60,642 nt of DNA from a virus (lineage: Duplodnaviria > Caudoviricetes), in the IMG/VR virus record IMGVR_UViG_3300031673_000043, positions 1 through 60,642 of that record; one strand, given 5' to 3'. Made by a program: the position numbers and the translations under genes. The notes under the pieces are model-generated. The model did not search any database. It was given only the letters and a program-made list of their open reading frames with translations, and was not told the origin of the DNA. Shown piece by piece: positions 57,823-60,642 of this stretch. The first letter of the stretch is position 1, and the number at the start of each line of letters is the position of its first letter.

Positions 57823-58566
57823 ATGAGTGAGAAGCCTGAATCAAGACTGCAGAGGAAGATCCAGAAGGCGCTGAAGAAAGCGTTCCCGAGATCCTACTGG
57901 AGGAAGATCCACGGGGGGCAGTTCCAGAGGAAAGGGATCCCGGATCTTCTCGGGTGTGTAGGTGGGTTCTATGTTGCTATTGAAGTTAAGATTGGAACAA
58001 GCAAACCCAATCCTTTACAACAAGCAGTAATTAAAAGCATCAAAAGTGCTGGTGGGATTGCTTTTATCTCTACTGAGGTAGACCATTCTATCAGGGTACT
58101 GACTAAACATCTTAACGGTAAGTTTGCTAGGACTCGCTTATACAACTCCTGGCATAGTATGATGGGGAGATGTTATAGGGATTCACATATCAGTTACCCT
58201 TACTATGGAGCTAAGGGTATCACAGTATGTCCTGAATGGCAAAAGGGGGTCTTTTTTCTTTGGAGAGACATGGGGTTTCCGCCCGATACTGAAGAAGAAC
58301 GGTTCCTTTTGGACAGGATAGATCGTCATAAAGGGTACAGTCCAGGTAACTGCCGCTGGGTCACTGTAGCAGAATCAAACTGTAATAAAGGGGATACCCG
58401 TAATCTAACCTACAACGGTATGACTAAGCCTTTGGCTCAGTGGGCGGATACGTATAACATGAGCAAACAATTACTAAGGTACCGTTTAGATAAGATGGGA
58501 TTACCCCTGTCAATCGCATTAACTAGACCGGTGAAATCGAATGGCCTTAAAATACGAACTCTATGA
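57823..58566 (+). CDS. VRR-NUC nuclease fused to an HNH-like endonuclease domain
   Basis: GIPDLL...IEVK...LQ; then YNSW..M..RC, YGAKGITVC.EW, LDRID...YSPGNCRW. Confidence 0.8.
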   Translation: MSEKPESRLQRKIQKALKKAFPRSYWRKIHGGQFQRKGIPDLLGCVGGFYVAIEVKIGTSKPNPLQQAVIKSIKSAGGIAFISTEVDHSIRVLTKHLNGKFARTRLYNSWHSMMGRCYRDSHISYPYYGAKGITVCPEWQKGVFFLWRDMGFPPDTEEERFLLDRIDRHKGYSPGNCRWVTVAESNCNKGDTRNLTYNGMTKPLAQWADTYNMSKQLLRYRLDKMGLPLSIALTRPVKSNGLKIRTL

Positions 58567-59890
58567 TCGACATCTCCCTCACATAGATCTGATCCTCGAG
58601 GTCAAGACCGTTGCCTTCTTCGGTGAGCAAGGCACGGGGAAGACCTGGGTCACTGGAGGTGTGATAGAGCGTCTGCTCAGTGACACCTTCGAGGCTCTTG
58701 TTGTGGTTCCTCTCAGTAACATTGAGACCACATGGGTCGAGATCCTCAGCAAGATCGACATCACCATCTGCAGAGACTGGGAGGAGTACAAGAAAGCACC
58801 ATGTCCGAAGCTCTTCCTGCTCCACTATGAGATGCTCAGGAAGCTCGACCGAAAGATCACCCGGAGATCCTGGACCTTCGTTGCCTTCGATGAGTCTCAC
58901 CGGCTGAAGGATCGGAACACCTGGCAGTCAAGGATTGCCGGGAGGATCCATGACGCGGAGTACAAAGTGCTCTTGACAGGGACTCCCTTCGATGATCTTG
59001 AGAAGGATCCTCAGCAGCTCTGGGCTCAGTTCAGGTTCTGCCGTCCTTCCATCTTCGGCACACGCTGGGGAGACTTTGACCAGAAGTACCTGGTCCCGTG
59101 CGGATATATGGGAAAGCAGAGGAAGTTCAGGAAGACCAGGCTCCCTCGGTTCCTCCGTCTGATCGAACCCTACACCATCAGAGTCACCCAGGATGAGGTG
59201 CTCAACCTGAAGCCGATCAAGTACCACTGGATCCCCGTGCAGCTCCTCGGCAGGCAGCGGAGACTCTATGAGGATCTCGAGCTGAAGGAGATCATTGAGG
59301 AAGAGGATCTCACCATCACAGCGGATCTGAGAATAGTCAAGGACGGGAAACTGCATCAGATGTGTGGAGGGTTCGTCTTCGATGACGAAGGAGATCTCCA
59401 TCACGTAGGGAGAGCGAAGCTCCGAGGGATCAGTAAACTCCTCCAGAAGCTCGAGCGTCCTGTGGTGATCTTCTGCCGGTACCTTGCAGAGATCGAAGCG
59501 CTCGAGAAGATGCTCTCTGACTTCCGGGTGAAGACCATCACGGGGAAGAACAGGAAGGAACGTCCACAGATCAATAGGATGTTCCAGGCCGGAGAGCTTG
59601 ACTACCTCGTTGCCCAGGTAAGGACCGGAGGAGTCGGTGTGGATCTGTTCCGATCCTTCAACGGAGTCTTCTACTCCACCAGTTTCAGCTTCATCGACTT
59701 TGACCAGGCGCTGAAGAGGGTACAGCGAGACGGACAGAAGAACCAGGTCCACATCTGGATGATTTATGCAAAGGATACTATTGACAGAGTGGTCTATGAT
59801 GCAGCACTATCGAAGCAGGACGCACACAAAATGATCCTGGAGTACTTCAGGAAGAAGAACGAGCGGAGAAGCCACCGCTCACCCCGGTAG
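58541..59890 (+). CDS. SNF2-like SF2 helicase
   Basis: GTGKT, FDESH, LTGTP, GGVGVDL and QA..R.QR.GQ motifs. Confidence 0.9.
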   Translation: MALKYELYDRHLPHIDLILEVKTVAFFGEQGTGKTWVTGGVIERLLSDTFEALVVVPLSNIETTWVEILSKIDITICRDWEEYKKAPCPKLFLLHYEMLRKLDRKITRRSWTFVAFDESHRLKDRNTWQSRIAGRIHDAEYKVLLTGTPFDDLEKDPQQLWAQFRFCRPSIFGTRWGDFDQKYLVPCGYMGKQRKFRKTRLPRFLRLIEPYTIRVTQDEVLNLKPIKYHWIPVQLLGRQRRLYEDLELKEIIEEEDLTITADLRIVKDGKLHQMCGGFVFDDEGDLHHVGRAKLRGISKLLQKLERPVVIFCRYLAEIEALEKMLSDFRVKTITGKNRKERPQINRMFQAGELDYLVAQVRTGGVGVDLFRSFNGVFYSTSFSFIDFDQALKRVQRDGQKNQVHIWMIYAKDTIDRVVYDAALSKQDAHKMILEYFRKKNERRSHRSPR

Positions 59891-59924
59891 GAAGCTCCTT
59901 CGGCCTGGGAGCTTCCTACTTCTG
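59887..59924 (+). terminator. Putative terminator after the helicase
   Basis: GTAGGAAGCTCC/GGAGCTTCCTAC stem. Confidence 0.6.
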
Positions 59925-60078
59925 TATGGTGAATTAAATGAACAATACCTCAAATAAGATGTTACACGTGAAACGGACACCCCTCTTTTCCCCTCAGTAG
60001 GCAACCACAGGAGACGCTCAGCAGCTTCGGAGGGCCTTCCTAGTGGTTCAGGACGGGTGAGTCCGTTAGGAGGCATAT

Positions 60079-60273
60079 ATGACGCTCCTCGAGAAGATCT
60101 CAATGTACCTGGTGATCGGGTGTCTGCTCGGTCTAGCAGGCTGGACTCAGAGGAAGAAGATCACCTACCCGTTCAACTTCTGGTCCTTCCTCATGATTGT
60201 CATCGGCTGGCCTGGTGTTCTGGGCTGGGTGTGTGCTCGGACCATCTTCCCCGGACGCAACAAGAGCGAGTGA
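60079..60273 (+). CDS. Small two-TM membrane protein
   Basis: AGGAGG RBS; two hydrophobic segments. Confidence 0.55.
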   Translation: MTLLEKISMYLVIGCLLGLAGWTQRKKITYPFNFWSFLMIVIGWPGVLGWVCARTIFPGRNKSE

Positions 60274-60324
60274 TCGGTTGACCACTCGCTCTCATCTATT
60301 GTTGTCCGAGTCAGCGGATCTCCG

Positions 60325-60579
60325 CTAGACCTCTTCTGCAGCAATAGCCTCCTCGAGGAACTTGTCCCCTATGACCTCACTCGCTCCGCTGAGGGCGTGA
60401 GTACCGAACGCTGCAGGCACGTCCTTTGCCTCGTTCGCGGCCTGGGCTCCGGCTGTCAGTGTTCCGATGAGTGCTGTCACATCATCGGCGCTGACACCGT
60501 CACGCACGGCATTGACGAGCTTTCCGAAGGACCTACCGAAGTTGACAGCATCACCTTTGACATAGTCTGCTGCACCCAT
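60325..60579 (-). CDS. Small protein following the endolysin across the circular junction
   Basis: AGGAGG RBS; continues the late operon. Confidence 0.65.
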   Translation of the reverse strand: MGAADYVKGDAVNFGRSFGKLVNAVRDGVSADDVTALIGTLTAGAQAANEAKDVPAAFGTHALSGASEVIGDKFLEEAIAAEEV

Positions 60580-60642
60580 TACAGGCCTCCTACAGGTTAA
60601 AGAAACGATACAACGCTGTCCTCACAGCGCTGACGTATTGAT
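60500..60642 (+). repeat. Terminal direct repeat, right copy
   Basis: Matches 1..143 with one mismatch. Confidence 0.95.

Noticed and set aside
59925-60078. Second ncRNA after the helicase terminator
   Set aside because: Only one imperfect hairpin (AACCAC/GTGGTT) and a short stem; insufficient support

Overview
The window looks like a complete, circularly assembled ~60.5 kb tailed-phage genome of siphovirus type, with a 143-bp terminal overlap. Positions 1-28063 (- strand) carry packaging, head, tail and lysis genes. Positions 28200-36233 (+) are a modular region of small genes that also encodes a beta-clamp and a Toprim-like protein. Positions 36309-40042 (-) include four predicted exported proteins. 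A non-coding iteron region (40043-40773) is followed by a run of small genes and a replication module: primase-helicase, UDG-fused PolA with an HNH intein, PD-(D/E)XK nuclease, AAA ATPase, SSB-like protein, VRR-NUC and SNF2 helicase. I recognised no integrase, tRNA, CRISPR array or reverse transcriptase. The most striking signal is a repeated regulatory cassette in 28.2-35.7 kb. It has seven near-consensus sigma54 (-24/-12) promoters. Six of them have an orientation-independent TGCA-N16/17-TGCA-N3-TGCA enhancer-like element upstream and share a leader/RBS. I found no phage-encoded enhancer-binding protein, which suggests a phage regulon wired to a host sigma54 activator. A separate 18-bp operator-like motif marks the sigma70 promoter regions. 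All protein calls are by-eye motif recognition; no database searches were run.
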